Positions 12,511-25,300 of a DNA stretch of 64,000 nucleotides are shown here, one piece after another. A program made the position numbers and the translations under genes. How positions within the stretch are numbered: position 1 is the first letter of the stretch; every line of letters starts with the position of its first letter. The stretch spans positions 22,444,001 to 22,508,000 of the forward strand of contig CP158635.1 in the NCBI GenBank assembly GCA_050273025.1. Reading direction: 5' to 3'. The DNA comes from Cenococcum geophilum (taxonomy: Eukaryota). Below the pieces are notes generated by a model. That model did no database searches and had not been told where the DNA came from. It saw only the letters and a program-made list of their open reading frames with translations.

Positions 12511-15039
12511 GGTAATAGTAAAGAGCCGTTGTAGCGTATATAGTGCGCTATAGTGTTAGGCCTGCGACGCGTATAATATATCGCCCCTAATATTACTAGG
12601 AGCCTTACTACCTCCGCTTAAGGTTCCCGCTCTACTACCTAGGGAGGCCTATTAAGGGAAACTAGGATATAAAAACTACCGAATATACAACTACCTAGCT
12701 TATAGCTAGGCCCAAAACTAGCCTTATTATCTAGTTAGTTAATATAAATATATTCTAGTTGTAAAATAGGATACCCTTAGGCTTATACTAGCTCTAAGAT
12801 TATAAAGAAACATAGCGATGGCGTAGGAAACCTCTTTTTATAAGAACTTATTAATATTAACCCGTTATAGATACCTTATACGAAACTTATTAAGGCCTTA
12901 AGGCTATTACAAAGAACTTATTAAGGCCCTATATAAAGAACTCGTTAAGGCCCCTCTATAAGAGCCTATCTAGTATATCTAGGAGATTTAGAAGAGGGTC
13001 TTAATAGGCGTAGTACGCGCGACCTAGACGATAGCGATATGATAGCGACGCGATAGCGACTAGATGGCTTAACGAGGTGGAAATATAGGCTAGCTTTAAC
13101 GGCCCTATAGCGTTAAAAGGCGACTTATAAGAGGGTCTTAATAAGCGTAGTATATATAACCTAATATATAGGGAAGGCTATAGGGGAAATATAGGCTAGT
13201 TAGATAAGGACTTAATAGTTAGAGATATAGGCTAGCTTATAAAAAGGGGGGATATAAGCTTAGTTAGTAGAATAGGGTAGAGTAGATTGCCTGGCATAGG
13301 ATCTAATTTACGGCCCGTTCTATAAGATATAGTCGGCCTATTATAAGGAGACTTTTATAGGTAACGTAAAACGGGAACTAGTAGTATATATAGGGTATTA
13401 CGCCCCTATATTACTGCTAACCTCCTAAAGGGGGTAGTGCGTAGTAGCTACTACTAGCTTTAAGGACCTTACCCCTTAGCTAGGCTTTAACTACTAGTAT
13501 ACCTAGTAAGTATATAGGATTACGTCCTAGCCAGAGAGACTATTACGTAGCTTAAGAGAATAGATACGCGTATTAGTATATTAATAGACGGAGCTGTTCA
13601 TTAGGATGGTATACTAGTAAGATATACTTAAGGAGTAAATAAGATTTACTTAGGCGGGTAAGGCTTTTAGCTAGGCCTTAACCGTAAAAGGTATATAATA
13701 CCTAAAGGTAGGATAATACTAGAAAACTAAGTAGGGGCTTAGATAAGTAGGTATATTAAACTCTCCTATATAACTACCTACTTTTAAACGTATATGCCTA
13801 TTATATATAGTAGTAGTAAGGCTAATAATGCTATACGGCTTCTAGATCTAGGGCCTAGGACTAGGCGGTAAGGGACTAGTAAAAAGTTCCCTAGCGCTAC
13901 TAGCTAAGCTATAAAACTAGTACCTATATAGAACTATAGGGGCCTATAGAAGAATACTACGCGCCGTACTAGAACGTAAAGTAGTAGTTCTACTACTAGA
14001 CTTATATATTAATATAACTACTATATAGAGAGTAGTTATAGTATAAGGTTACCTAGTAGAAGAAAATATACGCTAAATACTAAAATATATATAAGGAGTA
14101 AAGGCCCCCTAAGGGGCAATACGCCTAAGTATACTAGCTAGGAAGCCCTCTACTTATAGATAGTAAAGAGAAAAAAGAAAATACGGGAACTACTAACCTA
14201 TTAGGCGGAGACCCGGCGCTATACTAGTAGAGCGCTACTATAGCAATAGAGGATAGGAGGCTACTAGTATAGATAGAGATCTATTGTACTTATTATAAGA
14301 TAGGCAGACCTTAAATAGAAGTAATAATAGAAGGAGGTAGCGAAAATATAAGACGTAGCTATATAGAATACCTATAGTTAATACTAATACTCTATATATA
14401 AAAGACTAATAAAAGTAGAATCTATAGCCGTTTTTTTACTATAGATAGAGGTTTTAGACCTAAATATATAGCTAGTAAGTATCTATATTCTAAATACTAC
14501 ACCTTAATATACGTGCAGATGGCCTATTTAGTTAGTGCGCTATATACTACTTTTCTATAGCTACTGCTTAGTAAAGAACTAGCTATTTACTAGTATAGGT
14601 ATATATAATACTACCTAGATACTCTCTATAAGTAGGGGCTTATAAGTAATAGTAAAATAGCTTATAGGCTAAAAAGTCCTTTAGTAGTTTTAAATAGTTT
14701 ATAAGATCTAATAGGAGGATACTAAAGGATACGCCCCCTTTTAGCCCCTTAGGGACTAGATACCCCCACCTAACTATAGGCGGCACTTTGGCGAATTGCT
14801 AGACCCTCCTACTATATCCCCCCTAGATCTTCTAATATACCTAAAAAGTATAGTATATAAGGTAGACCTAAAGATATAAAGATATACTAGCTAGACGAAG
14901 GTAGAACGCGTAGGACTAGCTAAAAGAAAATACTTAGGTTTTTCCCCTTTATAGGGCCGTTTCCTATATAGAAAGATAGAAGCCTATATAGACCTAAAAA
15001 GGGGCCAAATTGGGCAATAAATAGAATTAATAATAATAC
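12425..15039 (+). mobile_element. Internally deleted LINE derivative with both termini and TSD
   Basis: TSD TACTATAACTA at 12414-12424 and 15040-15050; (TAA)n-type tail; colinear with the minus copy 22376-26422 but missing its RT core (junction near 13770). Confidence 0.85.
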
Positions 15040-15622
15040 TACTATAACTATCTACCTCTATAAAAGTAAGCTACTAAACTACTATAAAGTAATAACTATA
15101 ATTATTCTAAGAAAGGTAAATAAAAAGGACTACTCCCTTTTAGGAAACTACTAACTAATTACCCTTAAAAATATAATAGAAAAGCTCTTAAAAAAGATAG
15201 TTATAAAACGTATATAAGAAGCCGTAAAGGAGTAGGGACTACTACTATAGATATAAATAGGTATAAGGAAAAATTAATTAATACTCTTAGTCCTCTCCTT
15301 AATTACCTCTAGTGTTTAAATAGCGTAGTAAGCTTACCTAAGTTATATAGTAACTATACTAAGCCTAGGCCTAAGCGGAGCCTTTAATAATATATTATAT
15401 AAGAGACTCTTATAGATCCTAAGGAAGAAGGGCCTACTAGACTAGATAGTTAGGTTTACCTAAGCCTTCTAAATTAGGCATACTACTAAAATAGTATTTA
15501 AGGGCTATAAAAGTAAAATAATACTAATACCTATAGGGATCGCCCCTATTGCTAATCCTAATCCTAATTTTATATTTAGGCTACTTAAGATATTTAAAAG
15601 TAATTTAAAAATAGTAGCCTTA

Positions 15623-16066
15623 TATAACGTGGCCTGCCTCTACGTCGCTATATGGCTAAAAAGACTAAGAGTGCTTGCGAACTTGTCGTAAGCGCGGCGG
15701 GACCTAATATATATACTCTTACAATTGCCCTCTCCTCTACGCGCTCGTCCCCGAGCGCTCGTAGGGATTCCTCTATGCGCCTATTTTGGGCCATAGGGAT
15801 TAAACGCTAAGAGTATTACCATATTAGTTAGTCCCTAGTAACGTAAGCGATCGGACTTAACTAACCCGCCTTATTGCATGGATGTGTGTTAGACTGTACC
15901 AGAGCGAAGTAACTAATAGGGATTAAACCCATGATACCTGGCCCCAGTAAGTTCGCAAGCATAATTGTAACGTGGCCCGCCTCCACGTCGCTATACGGCT
16001 AAAAAGACTGAGAGTGCTTGTGAACTTGTTGTAAGCGCGGCGGGACCTAATATATATACTCTTATA
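15623..16066 (-). mobile_element. TRIM (miniature LTR retrotransposon) with ~101-bp LTRs
   Basis: Near-identical LTRs 15623-15723 and 15966-16066 (TG..CA, RIP'd to TA at the outer ends), TSD CCTTA at 15618-15622 and 16067-16071, ~240 bp non-coding interior, polypyrimidine CCCTCTCCTCT next to the left LTR (PPT on minus). Confidence 0.9.
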
Positions 16067-16187
16067 CCTTAGGATTTATAGATAATATAAACCTAATTAT
16101 ATAGGGAAATATAATAGTAGAAAACTATACTAGGCTAAACTAGGCGTATAATAGGTATATTATATAAGCGACCTATAGGGGAGTAGT

Positions 16188-16421
16188 TATAAGGTATAAT
16201 CCTTAGTATATATAATAGAGAGTAAGTAAGCTAAGTAAGGGTTATAGGGAGTTAATAGAAGAGGTTTATATAGTAAAGAGTATAGGTATAGCCTTAAGGG
16301 AAGAGATAAACTAATAAGGGAGGAAGGGTTATAATCCTAAGGCCTAGCCTTTGGCTAGCCTTAGTAGCCCCTAAGAGCTTTATAGATATATACCTGAGTA
16401 AGGGATAAAATATCCCTTATA
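16188..16421. mobile_element. Solo LTR (RIP'd)
   Basis: Ends TATAAGG..CCTTATA (de-RIP TGTAAGG..CCTTACA); TSD GTAGT at 16183-16187 and 16422-16426; absent from the homologous site in the minus-strand LINE copy (~23705). Confidence 0.8.
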
Positions 16422-17142
16422 GTAGTAGTATTTATAACGGTATTATAAATCGCAGCCTTAACCTAAGGACCCTTATTTAGATGTATATAACTACTATATA
16501 TAGTAGTAGTAAGGCTAATAATACTATATAGCGCCTAGATCTAAAATCTAAGCCTAAGTAGTAAGCTACTAGTAAAAAGCTCCTTAGCGCTATTAGCTAA
16601 GCTATAAAACTAATACCTATATAGGATTATAGGGGTATATAAAATAATACTACGTGCCGTACTAGAACGTAAAGTAGTAGTACTATTACTAAATATATAT
16701 ATAGATATAATTACTATATAGAGAGCAGTTACGGCATAAGACTACCTAGTAGAATTTTTATTATTAAATAGTAGAACGTATATAAGGAGCGAGCGCCTAA
16801 TAAAGGGGTAATGTGTCTAAGTATATAAGCTAAGAGGCCCTTTATCTATAAGTAGTAAAAAAAAAAAAAAAAGGAAAATAAGAGAATTAATGCTACGCTA
16901 ATAGAGTACTACTACGGTAATAGAGGCTAGGAGGCTATTAATATAAGTAGAAACCAATTATATATATTATAAGATAGGTAAATAGTAAGTAAAAGTAACG
17001 CTAAAAGGAAGTAGTAAAAGTATAGAGAGTAGTTATATAGAATACCCTATAGATAATACTAACTCTTCCCCTATATAAATATAGATAAAGGTAGAATTTA
17101 TAGCCGCCTTTCTACTATAGATAGCCTATATAGTTAGTGCGC

Positions 17143-17254
17143 GGGCTCTAAAAAATCGGGCTTTATATATCTACGCGGTAAAGCCTAGGAATCTAGTAGA
17201 TAGCTATTGGCGTTCTATTAGGATCGTGCTAATAGTGCTAGAGTAAATGTAGAG
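17143..17254 (+). ncRNA. HDV-like ribozyme relic
   Basis: P1 gggctct/aaagcct followed by agg, L3 tctacgc, P3' ggt, long P4 hairpin, J4/2 gtaaa, P2' gtagag. Confidence 0.65.
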
Positions 17255-18049
17255 ACGTATATATAGTAGCGCAGCGCCGGCGCTGTAATGTAGTAGTAGC
17301 GTAGATAATATTTTTACTAGGAGAGTAAGCCCTAATAAAAGCTTTAAAAACGACTACCGCGTTTTAGTCTTAGCAATTACGTCTATATATTAAATTTACG
17401 ACTTAAGTTACAGCATCTATACTAGCGTTCCCCCTTCCTTCTATATAGTAGATAAGATAATATAGTACTACGTATAGTACTACATAGCACCTATACGGCA
17501 CGGCGACTAAATAAATTGTATACGCCTTAGGAAGTCTATAATAAGCCTCTTATTCCCTATCTTACCTAATAGCCTAGATTTACTACGCGCGGTATTCCGT
17601 CTTCCTCTATATCTTTAGCTAAAGATATATATAGGGGACCTAGATTAGGGCTTTAGGAAAAGATACCTAGTTTATATACGTCCCGCTATTCCTTTAGGGT
17701 AGAAATTATACTATAAGTAGGAGGACTATAGGCGTATATATATAGGGTATTTAAATAGGAGTAAGGGTAGGATAATATAATCTTAATCTTATAGTATTCT
17801 TAATTTAAGTAGAAGTATAGTATAAGCGGTAGATAGGGTAAGATAGGTAATTAGGACACTCCTTTATAGGAGTCTTACAGTAGCAACCTAATAGTATTTT
17901 TCCTCCCATTAATATAGTACAAATACTATCTAAAAGTATTACCTCTTACGTCTTCCTTAGAGGTTTTTTATACCTAACCTAGCGGTATTCCGTCTATATA
18001 GACTTATAAGAGGATAATACTAGATATTAAATAAGAATAAATAAGAATA
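17143..18049 (+). mobile_element. ~0.85-0.9 kb non-coding SINE-like retroposon, copy 1
   Basis: TSD ATAGTTAGTGCGC at 17130-17142 and 18050-18062; tail AAATAAGAAT repeats; homologous to 30769-31622 and 45165-45990. Confidence 0.9.
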
Positions 18050-21000
18050 ATAGTTAGTGCGCTATATACTACCTTTTTATACCTACTACTTAGTAAAAGA
18101 CTAACTATTTACTAAAGTAGGTATAAATAATATTACTTGGATACTTTCTATAGGTAGGGGCCTATAAGTAATAGTATAATAGCTTATAGGCTAAGAAGTC
18201 CTTTAGTAGCTCTAAATAGTATATAAGATCTAATAGGAGGATACTAAAGGATATACCTCCTTCTAGCCTCTTAGGGACTAGATACCCCCGCCTAGCTATA
18301 AGTAGTATACTAGCGAATTACTAAACCCTTCTACTACCTCCCCTTAGATCTTCTAATATACCTAGAAAGTATATTATATAAGGTAGATATTACTATAAGG
18401 CTATATAGGCTAGGCGAAGGCAAAACGCGTAAGACTAGCTAAAGGAAATTCTTTAGTTTTTCCTTCTTAGGGAAAAAATTTCCTATATAGAAGGTAAAAG
18501 CCTATATAAATCTAAAAGGGAACTAAATTAAATAATAAATAGAACTAATTAACTATAATATAATATAATCGACCGCTAAACAAACCTTTAAAATAAGTCT
18601 AATAGAGTTTCTATAAGCCTTAGAGGACTATAAGAACCCTTTCTATTAATACTACGTATTCTAATTCGGCATTAGTAGAGGTATATATAGTACTTTCTAA
18701 TATATAGCCCTTAAAACCGGATTATAATAAATAAATAAGCCCTTAACCCTAACAACCCTAATTAAATAGCGCGCCCTTTAAAAACGCGTCTTGTAAACTA
18801 TATAATCCGTATAATAAACCTAGTAGGTGCTATAGAAACGATCTTTTAATATAAATAAGGAACGTACTATTGTGCTCTCCTTCCTTACTATAACCCTTTA
18901 GGTAGCCTTCGCTATATTAGTAGAGCTTATTTAGACCTAAGGAACTTAGAAATAATATGCCTAAGATATAAAGGTAATCTAGATAGATATTAGCGCTCTC
19001 TAAAGAGCTATAATAATAGCTATAAAAAGTAAATCGGCGTCTATAGGCCCGCTATCGTACGTATATATTACTACTATTATACTTATAATACCCTAAGCTA
19101 TAAGACAAGCTGCCTATAAATCTATAGATATATATAAGATTATAATCCGTATATATAACGCTACTAACTATAAGGAGACCTTAAAGTAGAATAGCTAAGC
19201 TCTAGTATATAAGCTCTAGGCCGTAGGACCCCTAAATACCTATAAGATATAGGCTGTAAAGAAGCTATAAAGTAGCAACGTTAGTGCGTACGTTATAGAT
19301 AAAGAGATAAGAGATAAGCTGCTATAAGAAATAGGTAGATAAAGGTCCTAGGGCGCTCTACTATACTAGCCGTACCGCTAGTACTAGTAGACGTCTACGT
19401 AGTATCTATAAACCTTACTATCTAGGGCCTAGAGGCTAAGTAGATAATAGAGTATATAATAAAGTAGAATTATATAATAGCGGGGCTTATAGTATTAAGG
19501 TTCGTATAGAAAAGGCTAGAAAAAGTCCAGATAGGAGAAAAGGTTAAATCGTCGCTTATTATAGGCATATAGTTAGAAAAGGTAGTAAATACGTTATTTA
19601 ATTAGGGCCTTTTCTTAGGAGGAGACTACTACCTAGCTATAAGATATAAGATGACATTTTTAGTATTATAGTACTTTAAATACTAGGGCTTTAATTATAT
19701 AGCTAAGAGCTATAGAAGGTATAGACGCTACTCTAGGTAATATAATACTAGCGATTATATAGAAGACTTACTTAAAAAGTATATTAACTATAAGGTATAG
19801 AGTAGGGCGTATAGCGTTAAGCGGATATATTAGGAGAAGGCTATAGTAATTAGGGCTATTACGCTAATATACTACGTTAGTGCCTATAAGGCGCCTATAA
19901 GCGAATAGTAATTATAATTATAGTATAAAATTATTACTAAAGAGGCCTTATAATAAGCTAAGAAAAGGAAGCTAAAGGAGATAGTTATACGGAAAAGCTT
20001 TATATAGGTAGAGGAGGGCCCTTAAAAGGTTAGCCGGCCGTAAATTATTACTGCTTTAGGAAGGAAAAGGGCTAGAGAATACTCTAATTAGTACTTTAAA
20101 TAGCGCTAAATAGTAGTATATATACCTTAATTTAAGTCCTAATAACTTAAGAGCCTTTACTAAATATAGAGCTTAATACAGAGGCGGAAGTAAAAGCCTA
20201 GATCTAGAAAGAGGCGTCTATAGGTACTAAAACTATATTATAAGGGAGTAAGTAAACGCTAAAAGGTACTAACTTAGCTAGCTTAAAGGCTAGTATAGAT
20301 CTCTTATACTAGGATACTAGAAACCACTTATAATTATATAGTATAATACTAATAATAGTAAGAATAGCGTACTACTCTATTTTCTATAGGAGGTAAAGTA
20401 GGCGGACTGTTAGCTAGATATACTAGCTATTTAGAAGCTATAGCGGAGGGATTAAGGAAATATAATATATACTATAAAGTCCTACTACCTAATATGCGCG
20501 GGAGTAGGTAATATAAGGATCTATTTTTATATAAATAAGACTATTATTATAAATAAGTAGGCGCCTATATACTACTTAGCGGATATATATATAATTAAGC
20601 TAAAGGGCCGCGAGCGGACTATCTAGATTTATAATATCTATAACCTCTAATAGATAAATAGTAGCCTTTATATACTACTAGAGCTACTAAGGGCTAAAGG
20701 AGAATATATACTATTAGGCGATTTTAATCTATACTATACCTTTTAGGGGGATATAATAGTAATAAGTACGGATAACGTAGTAGATAACCTTATTCGCGCT
20801 ATAGAGGTAGCTAGCCTAAGCCTAACTGCTAAGGCGAGTATAGAGATATAGGTAAAGAGTATATTAAGGAGTACGCTAAATCTAGTATTTACCTCCCCCT
20901 AGATTATTAATAGGCTACTATAAAGTTAAAGGTAAAACCGCTAATATATAGGGTCTAACTATTTTCTTATTACTATAGAGATAGATATAAAGGCGCTAAA

Positions 21001-21304
21001 GGGGCTTTTACTACTTACGAGACCGCTATAAAAAAGGCTAATTAAAAGGTAGTATAGAGCGAGCTAGAGGGCCGGCTTTAGCCTTTATACGGCTTCTTAT
21101 ATAAGATAAGAGATAAACTAAACGCGTTAGTAGAGGCTATATACTAGGTAATTAAAAATAATATTTAACGCGCGGCCCTTACTATAAGCCTCTAAAGTAT
21201 AGTTAGAAAAATATATAGAAAAGGTAAAGGAAACCTAGTAGGCCTTCTAGGCGTAGAAAATCTCTTAATTAGTACCTAACTAGATTAACTATAAAGTTAT
21301 ATAT

Positions 21305-21333
21305 AAGAAGAAGAAGAAGAAGAAGAAGAAGAA
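21305..21333. repeat. (GAA)n microsatellite
   Basis: About nine tandem AAG/GAA units. Confidence 0.9.
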
Positions 21334-22375
21334 TAAAAGGGTAACCTAATAAAAGGCTAATAAGCTATAAAAGTAGACTGCTAAAAAGCTAATAAATAAC
21401 CTTAAAGGGGTATAGAGTATAGTAAAATAGATATATATAGCGGATAGGAAGCTAAAGTCCCTACTATAGTTTTCTTCTAGGGTAATGGCGTAGTAGTAAA
21501 GATATGTAGTTAGGAGACTAAAGCGAAGTAGTAATCGTTAAGGCCGTAGGTTTAATTTCTATAGCCCTCTCCCTTTTTTATAGCTTTTTACTTTTTATAT
21601 AAATCTTATAAGAGTATATAGGCGCTACTATCTACAATATTAAGATAGCTAAAGGGCGCTTACTAGCGTTTAAAAAATAGGACTATAGGCTTTTACGGTA
21701 ATAAAAGCGACCAACCTTTAGTTTTAGTATAGCGCGTAATAGGGCGGTAAAGGATATTAGTAAGGGTGTTATTTTACTGCAATAGTAGGGCGGGGTATAC
21801 TATTAGTTATGGCTAGGGGGAGTTTATAATATAGTAATCGCAAATTATACTTAGCAGTATATAACCATAGCTATTAGCTATACTAGTTTACTAATAATAG
21901 AAGAAAATATCTTATATATATAGTATACTAGTTAGACTAGCTAGTTTTAGGGGGGAGGGGTTTCCTAATATAGGCTAGTTCCCTCCTTTAAAGAGAATAG
22001 TACTCTATAGAACCGCTATATAGACCTTAAGGAACCGCAACAGCGTAATAAAAATTATCTATCTATTTATAGTTTCCTTTTATTAGTAAACTAGGAGAGG
22101 AGACCCTATACTATAATAATAAGAAGAAAGCTATTATCCTTATAGAGTAGTTCTTTCTACTATCTATAGAGGTAGACCTTAGTAATATACTAGGTTTTAT
22201 ATATCTAAAGCTATAAACTATAAAAAAAGAAGTAAATAAGGAGAATATTATTACGGCTTTAAAGGGGCTTACTCCTAATAAGGCCCTAGGTCTAAAAAAG
22301 ATTAATAATTAATTCTTTAAAATATATAAAAAGTAGCTAGCCCTAGTGCTAGCTAAGCTCTTTAGTAGCTATATA

Positions 22376-25300
22376 TTATTATTATTATTAATTCTATTTA
22401 TTACCTAATTTGGTCCCTTTTTAGGTCTATATAGGCTACTACCTATCTATATAGAAAAAATCTCTATAGGGGGGAAAACCTAAGTACTTCCTTTTAGCTA
22501 GTCTTATATATTCCGCCTTCGCCTAGCTAGTATATCTTTATATCTTTTTATCTACCTTATATACTATATTTCCTAAGTATATTAGAAGATCTAGGGGAAG
22601 AGGAGTAGGAGGGTCTAGCGGTTTGCTAGTATACTGCCTATAACTAGGCGGGGGGTAACTAGTCCTTAAGGGCCTAGAATAGGGCGTATCCTATAGTGTC
22701 CTCCTATTAGATCTTATATGCTATTTAAAACTACTAGAGGATTTTTTTATTCTATAAGCTATTTTACTATTACTTATAGGCCCCTACTTATAGAGAGCAT
22801 CTAGGTAATATTATTTATGCCTACGCTAGTAAGTAGCTAGTCCCTTACTAAGTGGTAGCTATAAAATAGTAGTATATAGCGCACTAACTAAATAGGCCAT
22901 CCGCAAGTATATTAAGGTGTAGTATTTAGGATATAGATGCTTATAAGCTATATATTTAGACCTAGAACCTCTATCTATAGTAGAAACGCAGCTATAGATT
23001 CTGCTTTTATTAGTCCTTTATATAAAGGGAGAGTTAGTATTAACTACAGGCTATTCTATATAGCTATATCTTATATTTTCGCTACCTCCTTTTATTATCG
23101 CTTCTATTTAAGATCTGCCTATCTTATATAAGTATAGTAAATCTCTATCTATACTAGTAGCCTTCTATTCTCTATTGCCGTTATAATACTCTACTAGTAT
23201 AGCGCTAGGTTTCTACCCAGTAAGCTAATAGTTTCTATATTTTTTTTTCTCTCTTTACCGCTTATAGGTAGAGGGCTTCCTAGCTAATATACTTAGGCGT
23301 ATCTCCCCTTTAAGGGGCCCTCGCTCCTTATATATATCTTATTCCTTATATACGTTTTAGTGTTTAGTATATTTTTTCTTCCACTAGGTAGCCTTATATT
23401 ATAACTACTCTTTATATAGTAGTTATATTAATATATACGTCTAATAGTAAAACTACCGCTTTACGTTTAAGTATGGCGCGTAGTATTCTCTTATAGGCCC
23501 CTATAGTTCTACATAGATACTAGTTTTATAGTTTAACTAGTAGCGCTAGGGAGCTTTTTACTAGCACCTTACCGCCTAGTCCTAGGCCCTAGATTTAGGA
23601 GCTATATAGCATTATTAGCCTTATAACTACTATATATAGTAGGCGTATAAGTCTAAAAAGGGTCCCTATATTAAGGCTGCGATTTATAATACTACCGCAA
23701 ATGCAGCTGCTCCCCTATGGGTTGCTAATATAATATACTCGTTCTAGTTTAGCCTAAAGTCTATCTAGACCCCTAGGATCTTAAGAGTAGCTTCTAGCTT
23801 TACTTCGCAGCCCTAGATATTTACTATTAAGGCTAGGTCGCTGCTTACCCTTTTTTTTCCTTATAAAATAAATAAGCTAGTATTTATCTAGTGCTAATTT
23901 AGCACCGTATTATTTTACCTATATAATACACCTATTATATGCCTAGTTTAGCCTAGTATAGTTTTCTACTACCGTATTTCCCTATATAATTAGGTTTATA
24001 TTATCTATAAACCCTAGGGCTATTATATACTAGCTATCTTTAAATATTTTTAGTAGTTTAAATATAAAGAAGAGAAATAGGATTAGTAAGAGGGGAGATC
24101 CCTATAAAATGCCTATAGGTGTTAGTATTAACTCGCTTTCGTATCCCTTAATTATAATTTTTATAATACGCTCTATTAGAAAGGCTTAGATAAACTTAAT
24201 TATCTAATCTAATAGGCCTTTAGTTCTTAGGATTTATAGGAGTCTCTTATATAATATATTATTAAAAGCTCTGCTTAGGTCTAAGCTTAGTATAAATATA
24301 GTGCATTTTAGGTAAGCTTACTATACCGCTTAAATACTAGCAGTAATTAGGGAGAGGGCTAAGAGGGTTAATTGTTTCTTTCTTGCGCCTATTTATGTCT
24401 ATAATGGTAGCTCCTATACTTCCGCCGCTTCTTATATATATTTTATAACTATCTTTTTTAGGAGCTTTTCTAGGGTGTTTTTTAGGGTAATTAAGCGGTA
24501 GCTTCCTAGAAGGGAGTAGTCTTTTTTCTTTACCTTTTATAAGATAACCATAGTTGTTACTTTAAAGCATTTAGGTAGTTGGCCTCTTTAGAGATAGGCA
24601 GTTACTATATCGGCAAGTAATATTACTATCGCTTCTACTGCAGCTTTAATTGCCTTATTTAGGATCTTATCTAGCCCTAGTACTTTACTAGTAGGGTAGG
24701 TAGTTATATAGTAGAGTTTAATATACCTACTTATCTAGGCCTCTACCCTAGTTTTCTAGTAGTATTAGTCCCTTTTATAAGTAGTTAGCTACCACCACCA
24801 ATAATATAGGGAATTTCACTAGTTCTCTCAGGTATCTTATAATAGGTTATTAGCCTAAGTACTAGTCTGCCCCTAAGTAGTCTATATAAGAGTCTCCTTC
24901 TAGAGTTAGTACGCTTTTATACGGCTTAGGAGCCTTCTATAGCCTCTAGTTTTATATCTCTCTTTATTATTTCTACCGGTATAGGCGTAAGCTACCATTT
25001 ATAGGGGTTATAACTCCCGTTTTATATACTTACTAGCATAGTCCTATAAGGGTGTTATAGCTGCATCCTATAATATAAAAGTGGTATACCTTTTATAGTT
25101 AAGGCCTAGCTAAAGCCTTACCCACCTAAGTAACTCCTATTTACTCCTTAAGCGTACTTTACTAGTATACTACCCTAGCGAGTAGTCCTGTCTATTAGTA
25201 TACTAACACACGCATCCGTTCTCTTAAGCTATATAGTAGTTTCTCTAGTTAGGACGTAATCCTATCTACTTATTAGGTGTACTAGGGGTTAAAGCCTAGC

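Larger units (their letters stand above)
12100..18560 (+). mobile_element. 5'-truncated Tad1-like LINE (RT region plus 3' end) hosting four nested insertions
   Basis: RT motifs read across the insertions: KAVG.NSI.NKAIK (12335), KKDYS..GNY..ITL (15122), SGAFDN (15375), IVAL-GFVDD split by the TRIM (15611/16067); 3' UTR and AT-rich tail at 18400-18565. Confidence 0.8.

Noticed and set aside
18570..18720. Ribozyme at the 5' end of the full-length LINE relic
   Set aside because: No consistent P1/P3/L3 pairing was found and the 5' boundary is undefined.
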